A DNA stretch of 63,979 nucleotides, the filler included, from Neoconidiobolus thromboides FSU 785 (lineage: Eukaryota; Fungi; Entomophthoromycota): the NCBI GenBank assembly GCA_025603075.1. It is 14 parts of 14 records of this genome, joined end to end, with 100 filler letters (N's around TTAATTAATTAA, not from the genome) between each part and the next. Parts side by side here need not be neighbours in the genome. Positions count along the whole stretch, not along the records: positions 38,307 to 54,412 come from MU626592.1; positions 54,513 to 56,051 come from MU626950.1; positions 56,152 to 57,238 come from MU627042.1; positions 57,339 to 59,881 come from MU626849.1; positions 59,982 to 61,528 come from MU626946.1; positions 61,629 to 62,798 come from MU627025.1; positions 62,899 to 63,979 come from MU627043.1; 7 more parts are not named here. One strand, written 5' to 3'. Shown here in pieces: positions 52,270-63,979 of the stretch. The notes under the pieces are model-generated. The model saw nothing but the letters and a program-made list of their open reading frames with translations, searched no databases and was not told the DNA's origin. The first letter of the stretch is position 1, and every line of letters starts with the position of its first letter. A program made the translations under genes and the position numbers.

Positions 52270-53636
52270 TTATTGTTAAAAATCAAAAGTTCAAAAATTC
52301 AACTTTTTATATTCTTTTTTCAGTTTCTTACTTTTCTGAACAAATACGAAACGCAATGGTATAGAATTGCGTCAGTAAAGCGCTTTTAGGGTATTTGTTA
52401 ATATTTTTTTTCTCACAATACAAGGATTACTGTTACAACCAATATCCTCTCTATTTTTAAAAAATATACTCACCAGGCTTGTAGGAAAACTAATATATAT
52501 ATAGTAACAATAATGACACATAAATAAATAAACGTACACTTAATGCATTAATCAACTACATTTTGTACATTTAAATTTATTTTTATGGAATCATAAATCC
52601 AGAGTAACTCAAAAAATTATTCTTTTTAAACTTCTTAAATTCAAAATTAAATGAATAACTACTCCCTTTCTTTACCAAATGTTTTATACTAAAAACTAAA
52701 CCATGGGCAATACTACCACTCCTATTCTCTTATAATTTAATGCTTATCGTATCTATTTCCACCAACTTTAAATCTTAAATAAAAACTAACTTTTTAAAAA
52801 GTTATAAATAAGAGGTTATACTATAATTGTCACAAAGTTGTTAATCAATATCAAAGCTGGAAGCTAAAAAAGTAACACTTTGGGCTTTTTAAAATGAAAA
52901 GTAGAGTAATCTTTGACCTGAGCTCTTTATATATATGAGTTTAGATTTGTAATGCTTGACTATTGCTTAACATTCACTTCCTAAAAGGTTAGCTAAGATG
53001 ATCAATTAGCTTTTAAAGAATAGATGTTGTTGTATAAGAGGTAATAGTGTCAATCTAAGAGTCTGTGTGTTTATGGAATTATTGTACTTATTTTGAGAAA
53101 TTGATCTTTTTTCGTAATAATTATAATTAAAGATTCCATTAGGCATCGCTTTTATCCCTAATCTTTATCTAACCTTTCCTGGGACCATTGTATTTTTTCG
53201 ATTCCCTCGGGCCCTTACAAGGTTAATAAGATAGCGAAGGAAAATATAACGCTACTTGAAGGCTTCCACAAGGATTTTGTTGCTTGTTTCTTTTTTTCAG
53301 TACTGTGTGCAATCTATTGATATCACACCAAAACGGCATTTGCGGATAATCCCAAAATTCCTCATTTATAGCTCTCTTTATTGAATGGAGGACAGCTTGG
53401 AATGACGACTTCAATTTTGAAGTGGCAAGACTTATTAAGAAAAAAAAAATAGCAATAGTCTTCTATTGTGGCCTAGTTTTCCGTCTGTTTAACTTTCATG
53501 TTAATAAATTGCTCACTCAGGAATAGTAGCTTCTTTAAGAACATAAAAAAATTAATAAAGATTAAAAATAAGTTCATTAAATATGGATGATGATTATGAT
53601 ATACTACAATATACAAATATAGTTCCAATGACATTT

Positions 53637-53736
53637 AAGGATGTATTTTTTTTTGTTTAAGAATTTTACTAACAATCTTTCCACTCAAATAGCGCTTAAA
53701 AAATGGAAAAAGTAATGAAATAAAAAAAACATCCCC
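53637..53736 (+). mobile_element. ~98-bp MITE, 22 nt beyond the S28 peptidase stop
   Basis: 4-bp TSD ATTT/ATTT. Confidence 0.88.
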
Positions 53737-53758
53737 ATTTATTAATTCATACTACTTT

Positions 53759-54412
53759 TCAATACCTACGATTAACCCAACGGTCAATGGTATCAATCAT
53801 GACTTTATGAGCATCTTGTAATGATTGTGAATCTTTAGGATTTGGAGTGCCTAAATCAGTAACATGAGAACCATCTTTAATTATTAAAACAGGGCGATTT
53901 TTTCTGGATTGCTTTATGTCAGTAACTGATAACTGAGACCAAGGATCTTTATCACCATTAGTGAAGATAATACGATCAGTACCAATATGTTTGGCACCGT
54001 GACGGTAGTTGATACGGTTAGTGTCTGGTGGGCCTACATATTTACCGTATAATTTGCTGGAACAAAAGAAATTATTGAACCAATCAACAGTTAAGTATTT
54101 AGAACGAGTAGATTTTTGTGTAGATACATTTGCAGATGGGGCAGTTTGCCAGTATCCAAACTCAGTACAGCACTGATAATTCCATTGGCGCATGATAGAA
54201 CCTTCACCAGGTATTGGATTAAGCAAATCACCTTCGGAAGCAAAAGCAGGGCAGGTGAATCCATTGTTTTTATAGAATAGTTGAAAGGTATCAACTACAT
54301 TCTTTAATTTGTCTTCTACTGAGGCTTTGTTTTTGAAACCATCACAGAATGAAGTTACTGAAGGGCTGGAAGTTGGACGACTATATTGTACCATATAAGC
54401 TAAAGTATCAGC
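53759..54412 (-). CDS. Serine peptidase family S28 (PRCP/DPP7-like), C-terminal part, 5' end cut by contig end
   Basis: RQWNYQCCTEFGYWQ, IIFTNGDKDPW (Asp) and GSHVTDL (His). Confidence 0.9.
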   Translation of the reverse strand, partial: ADTLAYMVQYSRPTSSPSVTSFCDGFKNKASVEDKLKNVVDTFQLFYKNNGFTCPAFASEGDLLNPIPGEGSIMRQWNYQCCTEFGYWQTAPSANVSTQKSTRSKYLTVDWFNNFFCSSKLYGKYVGPPDTNRINYRHGAKHIGTDRIIFTNGDKDPWSQLSVTDIKQSRKNRPVLIIKDGSHVTDLGTPNPKDSQSLQDAHKVMIDTIDRWVNRRY

Positions 54413-54512
54413 NNNNNNNNNNNNNNNNNNNNNNNNNNNNNNNNNNNNNNNNNNNNTTAATTAATTAANNNNNNNNNNNNNNNNNNNNNNNNNNNNNNNN
54501 NNNNNNNNNNNN

Positions 54513-54732
54513 AGCGCTTAAAAGATGGAAAAAGTAATGAAGCAAAAAAAGACATCCCCATTTATTAATTTTAGCCTTAAACTACCTTATTTCTAATTTT
54601 AGACATACCTTCTGAAACACTCAAAGTTTAAGGGTGTATTTTTAGGTCTCATCACCTTTTCCATTTTTTAAGCACTATTTGAGCGGAAAGGTTACTCTAT
54701 TAGTATAATTCTTAAACAAAAAAATACATCTT
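54513..54732. mobile_element. MITE right end (54513-54559) and a degenerate minus-strand copy (54631-54732)
   Basis: Match to the family core AAGCACTATTTGAGCGGAAA. Confidence 0.75.
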
Positions 54733-55665
54733 TATATTATTACTCGATAATATTTTACTAAAGAGTTTCAAATAGCTAAAGCCTAAAATTTATTTATAGT
54801 GCCAGGATCAATAAGCTTGTTTATCATTAGTCATTATGAAAGCCTACCAAAGGATATACTAAAATAATCATTTACAAAGTAACAACAAAGATACCAACTT
54901 AGTATTGATATTTGAAATAGCTCTGATTACCAAATATAGAATAAAGTTTTATTTTTTGACTTTTATTTAAAGCAGGGTTCATTTTTCCTTGGGTTATGTT
55001 TCAAAAAAAATAATCATGCACATCAATACAGTTACTACAACCCTTTTGGAACATTTTAGCATTAGTTTTTATAGTCGAATCCTTTGCATAGTTGACTCTT
55101 AAAGGCTGAATTTAATACTTATGTAAATATGCTCCGGAATTTTTTTAAATAAACTGTTAATAGACCTTAGAAGAACTGCAACAGCTGTAAAGTTGAACCA
55201 ATTAAACCTTTTATAAAAAGTAATTGTTAGAGTGATATAGTTTTTATTATATAATTACAACTATTGTAACTCCTTTTAAACTCTATAGTTGCTCATTTAA
55301 GAAAAAAACCATAATAATATTGAGCTAAAATACATGAATTAGTCCTTAAAAAATTACGAAGTAATTTAACTATACAAACCATTGCTAAAAAAGTCCCAAA
55401 AGAGTTGAAACAATTATAAAAACAAATGTTTTTCAAATCCAAAAACAATGCCCATTTTGAGAATACATTTTAATTTTTTAGTTATACTTTATAGTATTTG
55501 TTAAATTGCATAAATCATGGCAGCAATAATTACATATATACCAGTATAAATCAATGATTTTAAACATGAAATAAAAATTTAATCACAACACTTTTTATTT
55601 CACTTTACATTATTTTTAAAAAGCAAAGCTTTAACTTTATATTTTTTCAATTTCGATGTATATAG

Positions 55666-56051
55666 ATGAATGGGATAATAATAACTGATAAAGCTAGGAT
55701 TAGACAAGCATGCGATCAATGTTACAAAGGTAAAAGGCGATGCAATTTATCAGTACCTACTTGTAGTTATTGTAAAAAACAAGGAAAGGTATGTACAAGG
55801 GAACGAAAAAGTAATAGAAGAGCAAAGGTATATAATGATGAAGAAATTCACTCAAAGGCATTTTCATCATCTCAATCAAATAAAGCAAGGAGAGAAATTA
55901 TTTTTAAGAGCACCATAATTTTAAACCATAGATATTTTGATCAGTTCAAAATTCGTGCGGGTGGAAATCGATCTGATTCTAATACCTCCATTGCCTCTTT
56001 TTTCCCCATCAAAATGTTTCATTCTCCTGTTATGTTTGATCAAAGCTCTTA
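55666..56051 (+). CDS. Zn2Cys6 (Gal4-type) transcription factor, 5' part
   Basis: C-x2-C-x6-C-x6-C-x2-C-x6-C pattern: ACDQCYKGKRRCNLSVPTCSYCKKQGKVC. Confidence 0.9.
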
Positions 56052-56151
56052 NNNNNNNNNNNNNNNNNNNNNNNNNNNNNNNNNNNNNNNNNNNNTTAAT
56101 TAATTAANNNNNNNNNNNNNNNNNNNNNNNNNNNNNNNNNNNNNNNNNNNN

Positions 56152-56241
56152 ATGTGATTTTATAGAATTTTAAGCGAAGTTTTTAAAATACAAAATTTTT
56201 CAAAAATTGGATAAAATAATGAAACTAATTCAGACAACCCC
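56152..56241 (+). mobile_element. Right end of the Sola-like element (contig start)
   Basis: ...GAAACTAATTCAGACAACCCC followed by ATAT. Confidence 0.85.
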
Positions 56242-56479
56242 ATATAACTATTTATATTATTCTAAACGTAAAAGTAATTGTTGAATAAATATGGAGATGC
56301 ATTTTTTTAATAATCTTAGCATATATGGTAAATATAAGCTAAAAAAACATAAGAAACTAAGACCCAAACAACATTAAAGTAAGCATTATGTTAATTTTTG
56401 AAAGTATATATATTTAGTTGATTCAAACATTATACTTTAAAACAACAATAACATAGCGGTTGATCGATAAAAAATTACT

Positions 56480-56643
56480 ATTTTTTATTAAAATAAAAAC
56501 AAAATACAAGCTTTTACAATTAAACTTCATGAAATTTCTAAAAATTTTAATATAAAAAATTATCAGTTTTTTGTTAACAACAATAAACTTAATCAAGTAG
56601 TATACAACACTAATACTTTAAAGGAAACAGGAAATAAAGATCA
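56480..56643 (+). mobile_element. Degenerate internal fragment of the Sola-like element (5' part of the transposase)
   Basis: AAATAAAAAC...TAAACTTCA and AATAAACTTAATCAAG...GGAAACAGGAAATAAAGATCAA match 13262-13320 and 13470-13535. Confidence 0.55.
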
Positions 56644-56647
56644 ATAT

Positions 56648-57130
56648 GGGGATGTATTTTTGTGTTTAAGGATTTTACTAACAAATTTTCCACTCAAATA
56701 GCACTTAATCTTAATGGAAAAAATAATGAAGTCAAAAAAAACACTCTCATATAGTTATTTAAAAATAACTAATAAAAAAACACTAATATTACAACTTATT
56801 AAAAATACAAGAATGATAATAAAAATATTCATTAAATAAATATATGGGAATGTATTTTTTGTTCAATAATTTTATTAATAATTTCTCCATTCAAGTAGTA
56901 CTTAAAAATGCAAAAAGTAATGGAATCAAAAAAACATCCTCATGTATATTAAATAAAGCCAGAAAAACGATGTATAACAAATATTTGATGATTCAAAAAA
57001 CGATGCAATAGCTATATATCAATATTTTTTAATAAATGGGTGTGTTTTTTTGATTTCGTCCACTTTTTCTATTTTTTAGGCGCTATTCGGATGGAGAGAT
57101 TGGTAGTAAATTCTTAAAAAAAGTATATTT
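56648..57130. mobile_element. Three MITE copies (56648-56748 +, 56846-56941 +, 57038-~57130 -)
   Basis: ATAT/ATAT and ATAT/ATGT flanks on the first two. Confidence 0.8.
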
Positions 57131-57132
57131 TT

Positions 57133-57238
57133 GGGGATGTCTTAATTAGTTTCATTATTTTATCCAATTTTTGAAAAATTTTGTATTTTAAAAACTTCGC
57201 TTAAAATTCTATAAAATCACATCTTTTATTAAAACAAA
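57133..57238 (-). mobile_element. Right end of the Sola-like element (contig end)
   Basis: GGGGATGTCTTAATTAGTTTCATTATTTTATCCAATTTTTG...; inverted copy of 56152-56241. Confidence 0.85.
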
Positions 57239-57681
57239 NNNNNNNNNNNNNNNNNNNNNNNNNNNNNNNNNNNNNNNNNNNNTTAATTAATTAANNNNNN
57301 NNNNNNNNNNNNNNNNNNNNNNNNNNNNNNNNNNNNNNGAAATTCTCATAACAAATCAAAATAATTAACCATGGGACTGACGAAGCGATATTTCACAGTA
57401 TTGTCTATTTTATCTGTCTTCCATAGCTCGTAACCTATTACGTGTTATTTCTCATAATTCGAGTCTATCTTAGTTATATAAACTAAGATCTTTCGACTTA
57501 CGGCTAGTCAATCAAGCAAAAACTGCTTTTAATTCCAACCACCGAGCAACAGATTCCACAGGATATAATATTTAAATTTATTAGATCTGGTTTTATTTTT
57601 ATTTTTATTTTTATATTTTATTTAAAATCCAGAATTACCGTATAATTTTTATTATTTAATTTTTTAATAATTTTATCAAAT

Positions 57682-58181
57682 GGAGATGTTTTCTTTGACC
57701 TTATCACTTTTTCGATTTTTCAAGCACTATTTGAGCAGAAAAATTGTTAATAAAGCTCTTAAACACAAAAATACATCTCCAAACGTTTTTTTAGTATTAA
57801 CATAAAATTAATATAACTTACATAACTTTTTTATTAAAATTTTTCTATTTTTGCTTTATTTTCTATTAATATGAGAATGTTTTTTTTGATTTCATCATTT
57901 TTTTCATTTTTAAACACTATTTGAGTGGAAAGATTGTTAGTAAAATTCTTAGACAAAAAAATACATCCCCATATGTTTATTTTGTTTTTGAATAATCTTT
58001 TCTTAACTGTATGCTAAGCATATATATTGTATAAATCTGTTTTTTTATTATGTTTTTTAAATTATTAAAATATTTAGTATACGGGGATGTATTTTTTTAC
58101 TTAAGAATTTCACTAACAATTTTTCTGCTCAAATAGCGCTTGAAAGATCGAAAAAAATAATAAAATCAAAAAAACATTCCC
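57682..58181. mobile_element. Three MITE copies (57682-57780 -, 57873-57970 -, 58083-58181 +)
   Basis: AAAT/AAAC, ATAT/ATAT and ATAC/ATAT flanks. Confidence 0.82.
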
Positions 58182-59293
58182 ATATAAATTATAATAGAGT
58201 AATTTAAAACTGTGTTGGATACTTTTGCTTTAATAGAATTTATTTTACAGAATTTTTAAAATATTTAAAATCATGGGTGTTTGTAATATAGACAAAAAAT
58301 CAACAGAAACAACAAAATATTAGAAATTCTCAGTATTCTGTTAAATATTAAAAGTTCTAAAATTAAATATTTGCAGACGTAAACTTAAAAAAAGGTGTAT
58401 TACCGCTTTAACTTAAAGGTGACGACGTTTTTAACTTAATTTATAACGAGTTAAACATGTCTATATAATCATATCTTTAATAATTACATAAGTACTAATT
58501 TATGATAACTTCAAAAAAGTGCTTAGTTTGGTCTAGTAGTAAAATTATCAATTTATTGATCTGCATAATTAATTCAACCCAAATACTGATTTGTTTAAAT
58601 TTTAAAGTAGTTCAACACCAAAGTGGTGTATTAAATATTTTTCAAAAGTAGTTGAAGTACCAAAAAATTAACTAATTGGGATCCTATAGCTTACACTAGT
58701 GTTGGATAGTATTTTCCGAAATAGCTTGTTTCTTAATTGATGACTTAGAAATAATTTTAAATGATTCATTCAGTTTTTAAGAATAATAAGCTAAATATGA
58801 AATTAACTTGTTATGAACGGTAAAAGGCATAAATAGTTCATAATTGAGGCTTGGTCTAATTAATATTTTTATTGGGTTATTGTTGAATATTCTGAAATAA
58901 AAATTCTAAACATGATATTAACTAGCCAATCTTATATCACTTCATTTTTTAAAAAAACAGTCACACATTATTCGCACATAATACCTAAATCGATCGATAT
59001 TTTGCATATTTAAGAGCTAAAAAGGAAAGAAAAATAATATTTATATCGAATTTTGGTTCTTCTGTGATAAAAATGGCTTATTTTATTTCCATGCTTATGA
59101 CCATAGTGACATGTATAAAAAGAACCAAATTTTAATCTTAGAAGCTTGCCTGTTTAATTGTTTGCTTGTATTTCTAACTTCTTTGTTAAGGTTATAGATT
59201 TATACTTGGTTGTTTTATTAGAAACCAAGGACCATTTACATATATTATTAAACTAATAGATTTATATAAACTTAATTTACCAAGTATCTTAAA

Positions 59294-59881
59294 ATGTCTT
59301 CCATTTATAACCTTAATCAAGAATTAAATAATCTCTCCATTTCCGCCACTTCATCTATATCTGAGTTTCAAAAGGCTCTCTCCACTGCAAAATCATCTGA
59401 TGAAATAAACAAAGCTGCTGATTCCATCGCGAGCTTTATAAAAGATAATGGTGTTGCTACTATTGGTGCCAGTGACCTTCTTTACAACCTTGATATTAAT
59501 GCAGTATCAAAGGCATCCCCAGAAGTACGTGAAGGTTCATTACGTACTTACAATTACATCTTAAATACCATTTCGAAGCCATGCGAGCCATTCATAGTTT
59601 CAGTGTTGCCTAACATCTTGGAATGTCTTTCTGATAAGTCAAGCAATGTTAGACAAGCTGCCGATGAAGTAATAAATTCCCTTTTAAAAATCATCTCCCC
59701 CAATTCTGTCAAACCCATTTTACCTGTTTTGTTTTCTGCACTTGAACTCAACAAGAAATGGCAAACTAAAGAGGGTGCACTTAATATTATTGCTTCTCTT
59801 CCAACCATTGCTCATCGTCAAGTACAAGATAACTTAAAAGATATTCTTCCTGTCGTTTCTGATGCAATGTGGGATTCTAAA
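59294..59881 (+). CDS. Elongation factor 3 family (eEF3/New1) N-terminal HEAT region, cut by contig end
   Basis: CEPFIV..LP.IL..LSDK..NVR.AA, VKPILPVL, KKWQTKEGAL and DILPVVSDAMWDSK. Confidence 0.85.
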
Positions 59882-60119
59882 NNNNNNNNNNNNNNNNNNN
59901 NNNNNNNNNNNNNNNNNNNNNNNNNTTAATTAATTAANNNNNNNNNNNNNNNNNNNNNNNNNNNNNNNNNNNNNNNNNNNNTTTTTTTGATCAATTCATC
60001 TACATATTTATACCTTTTAATATTCCTAGTAAAGCTAGTAGCATAATTTTAACTTTTTATTTTTAGTTTTTGGCTTTTAAGCAACTTTTAAGTAACTTTT
60101 AAGGCTTCAAAGCATATAT

Positions 60120-60207
60120 GAGTGTTTTTTGGCTTCATCAATTCCTTTTTCAAGCAATATTGAGCAGGAAAAAATTAGTAGGTTTCTTAGACAAAAATAG
60201 ATATCCG
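60120..60207 (-). mobile_element. Degenerate MITE; further degenerate or partial copies at ~43522-43617, ~61199-61294, 61629-61678 and ~62257-62355
   Basis: Partial match to the family consensus. Confidence 0.55.
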
Positions 60208-61701
60208 TATATTTAATTTTAAAAATATTAATTATAATTTTTTAATATAATTTTATGGTGCTTTGCTTAACAGCTTATTTTATCTTAAAAATGATTTGGT
60301 TTTTATATTATTACTATAAGTTTTATTTTTACAAATCCCTATAAATTACTTATTACTATGTTATAATAATAATGCTACATAAATACTTATATAGATATAT
60401 CACATCAGTATTAAACCAAATTATAAGACTGTATCTTATTTTCAAGTACTTAGCCTTATTATGCTTCATATTTTATTTTTATCTGCTTTAAAGGCTGGTC
60501 GTTTTAACAAGTACATTTATTTCAAACTAAAAATAGAGTATAGTTTATATTCTAACTATATCAAAAATTTACACTGATCACTTTTTTGTTATTAGATAAA
60601 TACCATATTTAGCTAATATTTATTTTGACAATTTAAAATTAATTAGTAGGAATCCTTTTCTACTCTTGCTATCTTGCATTAAATTAATCGAAAATTAGCC
60701 ATTTTTTATGAAGCTTGATTTTTCAACTGAGAAATATTTTGATTAACTTTAGGGCCATTGGCATTAAATGCGATAAACTTTATGCTATGGAGCCTTTAAT
60801 AGCTTTATAGAAATACTTGTTTTTAGCTTCCTAATTTAGTTATATATAAAAATTTTGGGCTTGAAAGATAACTGTAATACTGAAATGAGTACAGGTATCT
60901 CTCCAAATTGTAAAGAATAGTAGCCAACTTTTTAACTAGAAGAGATTTGAAAAATCAAAAATAATCTATACTTGTTTTGATTTACTCCTTCATCCCATCT
61001 TAATAGAATATTTATAACTATTACATTCCTAATATTTTTTTAAAAATTGTTGCAAAAAATCATAATTTGACTAATATCACTTAGCTTAAAAGAATAGAAA
61101 ATTAATAAACAAGTATAAAACTCAATTCATATTAAATTCAACCAAATTTTGATGTATTTTTATTTTTACTTTTTTTCAATATTGCCTTTTAAATATAAAG
61201 AGGTCTTTTTCAATTTTACTATTTTACTATTTTCAAGTACCATTGAAGGGGAGAAAATTATTAGTAATTCTTAAAGACATGCCCATAATCTAGATAAACA
61301 AAATGTTGTATAAGTTTGAAAAATGTTAGCATAAAACAATTTAAATATAATTCGTAACATATACTATAACAATAAAAAGAAATTTAACACTCAGGTATAC
61401 TTTGTATAATCCTTCTAATAATCTTGAAAGTAGTTTATTATAAATAAGATAGTTGATTGAATTGTGATTGAGTAAAATCAAAGTCCAATCTTAGCACCTA
61501 AATTAGTTCAGTATCCGTATCCTGAGTTNNNNNNNNNNNNNNNNNNNNNNNNNNNNNNNNNNNNNNNNNNNNTTAATTAATTAANNNNNNNNNNNNNNNN
61601 NNNNNNNNNNNNNNNNNNNNNNNNNNNNAAATAGCACTTAAAAAATGGAAAAAATAATGAAGTCAAAAAAACACCCCCATATGTTTAATAAAAATTACAA
61701 T

Positions 61702-62167
61702 AGTGAAATACTGCTTCATCAGCTTTATGATTAAGTATAACATAACACTTACTTAAGTTGTGTTTTCAAGTCCAGGCACAATCAATCTTGAGTCTTTTAT
61801 TTCGATTTGTTATAAGAATTTTGCCACGTAATTCGGAAGGATGTTATCTCCCCTATTTTGATATCTATACTTGTTAGACTATAATATAAAAGAGATTTTA
61901 AAACACAGTAACTCAAGGCTTTTTAATTGAATTATTTCTTGATATTTTGCCTTTAATAAAGCCAGTAAACCTTTCTGATAGTATTTTACATAGATTTTGC
62001 AGTAGTATTGTCTATTCTATTTGTCTTACATAGTTCATAGCCTATTGCGTGCTGTTCTTCGTAATTAAAATGGATTTTAATTACATGAACTAAGGGCTTT
62101 CGACTTGGGACTATTCAATCAAGCAAGAACTGTTTTTGACTTCAACCACTGAGTACAAGATTTCGAA
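61702..62167 (-). mobile_element. Full, diverged copy of the TG...CA repeat
   Basis: AGTGAAATACTGC...CACTGAGTACAAGATTTCG. Confidence 0.75.
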
Positions 62168-62898
62168 AGATACATTAACTTCTAGACAGCTGGCTCGATA
62201 ATACTTCAACTGCTTAGATAATAGCATAAAGTTATGTAAAACAGTATATAAAGTGGATTTAAGCTACTTTTATGTTTAAGAATTTTGCTAACAATCTCTC
62301 CGCTTAAATAGCGTTTAAAAGACGGAAAAAGTAATGAAGCCAAAAAAACACCTCCATATACATAATTTGGAGTTTAAGATTCAATTGTATAATGAGATAA
62401 TAAAAACAAGTATAATAAAAATAAAAATAAAAATAAAAATAAATAGTGAAATAAAATGATTTTTAACTAAAACATAACAATTTCGGAAATAGTGGCTTCT
62501 ATATTTATAATAAATTTGTATTATAATAGTTATATTCAGATAATTTAATAATAAATAAATTGCGAAATCTGGTACTCAGTGATTGGGGTCAAAAATAGCT
62601 ATTGCTGGGTTGACTACACTATAAGTCCAAAGGTCTTAATTTATGTGACCAGGGTAGACTTGGATTATGAAGAATAGCACGCAATAGGATACAGACTATA
62701 TAAGACAAATAGAATAGACAATATTACTGTAAAATCTATATAAGATATTATCAAAAAGATTTAGTGGCTTTACTAAGTATACGAGATATCAGGGAATANN
62801 NNNNNNNNNNNNNNNNNNNNNNNNNNNNNNNNNNNNNNNNNNTTAATTAATTAANNNNNNNNNNNNNNNNNNNNNNNNNNNNNNNNNNNNNNNNNNNN

Positions 62899-63000
62899 TG
62901 TTTTAATAAAAGATGATTTTATAGAATTTTAAGCGAAGTTTTTAAAACACAAAATTTTTCAAAAATTGGATAAAATAATGAAACTAATTCAGATAACCCC
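62899..63000 (+). mobile_element. Right end of the Sola-like element (contig start)
   Basis: ...GAAACTAATTCAGATAACCCC followed by ATAT. Confidence 0.85.
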
Positions 63001-63172
63001 ATATGCTTGGAAATTACATGACAAAAATTCTCACAGCAAATTAAAATAAAAGCTTGAGATTGGTTGTGGCTGAATTCGAGAACACAACAGCTTAAGTAAT
63101 TGCTATACTATAATTAATTATAGAGCTGACAAAGCGATATTTCATAAATCCTTTTATTTTATTTTATTATAT

Positions 63173-63269
63173 GAAAGTGTTTTTTTGACTTCATTATTTT
63201 TCCATCTTTTAAGCGCTATTTAAGTGGAAAAATTATTAGTAAAATTCTCGAATACAAAACCACATCCCC
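63173..63269 (-). mobile_element. ~98-bp MITE
   Basis: ATAT left flank; family core present. Confidence 0.82.
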
Positions 63270-63527
63270 AAATATTTATTATTGACTGTTTATACCCAAC
63301 ATTGCGGATTTGCTATCAAATAAAAAAATAATTTTAGTGTTATAAGCATATTATTAATATATTGCTAAGTTAATAAACAGCTGCATAGAAGGGGGTGGTT
63401 AGGGCCAAAGCTACAATTAGTTATCTTTATGTAATACAAGCAATATGATAGTTTTTATTTGTTATTAGATTTATTGGCTTTTTAATTATTACCTTAGCTA
63501 CTAATGATTTAAGTAACATTGATATTT

Positions 63528-63624
63528 GGGGGTGTATTTTTGTATTTAAGGATTTTGCTAACAATTTTTCTGCTCAATAAGGCTTAAAAAATGGAAAAAG
63601 TAATGAAAATAAAAAAACGTCCTC
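63528..63624 (+). mobile_element. ~98-bp MITE
   Basis: 4-bp TSD ATTT/ATTT. Confidence 0.85.
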
Positions 63625-63919
63625 ATTTAATATTTGATTTTTATTAAACAATAAACTACTTGTTTAATAAATATTGAAGCTTTTGGATTTCCTGTTATAA
63701 AATAAGCTAAAATTTACTTTTTTATCTTTTATAGGCTTTATAGCCTTAATTGAGGTTATGTCGCTTTTTTAATCGATCAGATATTGGATAATAGTATAGT
63801 TTATTATTACGTTTAATAAAATGTAAATACTTTTTAATACCTTTTATCTTTTTTTGTATTTTATTTCTTATACTTTTTAAAAATTATGTTTATTTTCCCA
63901 TTATTAATAGTTAAGATAT

Positions 63920-63979
63920 GGGGTTGTTCGAATTGGTTTCAGAATTTACTTAGAAGTTAATTCAAATTTTAGATTTTTA
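63920..63979 (+). mobile_element. Left end of the Sola-like element
   Basis: ATAT followed by GGGGTTGTTCGAATTGGTTTCAGAATTTA; matches 18448 (minus) and 19 of 22 nt of the right-end TIR GGGGTTGTCTGAATTAGTTTCA. Confidence 0.7.

Noticed and set aside
52351-52372. Hairpin ACGCAAT-GGTATAGA-ATTGCGT (and ACACCA-AAG-TGGTGT at 58615-58629) as ncRNA or Helitron end
   Set aside because: 6-7-bp stems are expected by chance in 64 kb; no downstream CTRR or other RNA motifs.
53223-53414. 63-aa minus ORF in a GC-richer patch
   Set aside because: No recognisable motif, competing frames on both strands; cannot be called.

Overview
Very AT-rich eukaryotic DNA with short GT-AG introns, most consistent with an early-diverging fungus (eEF3, Zn2Cys6 factor, secreted trypsin; an entomophthoralean origin is a guess, not shown). 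The window is not contiguous: it is 14 contigs joined by 13 artificial 100-nt linkers (44 N + TTAATTAATTAA + 44 N), so gene neighbourhood only counts within a contig. Genes: UMP-CMP kinase, two convergent Sec1/Munc18 paralogs, two divergent Zn-alcohol dehydrogenase 5' ends, propionyl-CoA carboxylase beta, two inverted RluA/Rib2-like pseudouridine synthases flanking a Swt1-like PIN protein, trypsin, a PX-domain sorting nexin, an LMW phosphatase, tRNA-Arg(ACG), an ABCC transporter, a large secreted repeat protein, a kexin with no TM tail, two small secreted proteins, an S28 peptidase, a Zn2Cys6 factor and eEF3. Three unusual layers stand out. (1) A Sola-like DDE transposon relic with reconstructable ends, plus about 35 copies of a related ~98-bp MITE with 4-bp AT-rich TSDs; the MITEs chain through shared ATAT sites and have inserted four times into the transposase gene. 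(2) An unrelated ~445-465-bp TG...CA repeat with no TSD. (3) Five of 14 contigs begin and end in inverted repeats or inverted paralogs. Contig 38307-54412 also looks like a possible peptide-processing and secretion neighbourhood.
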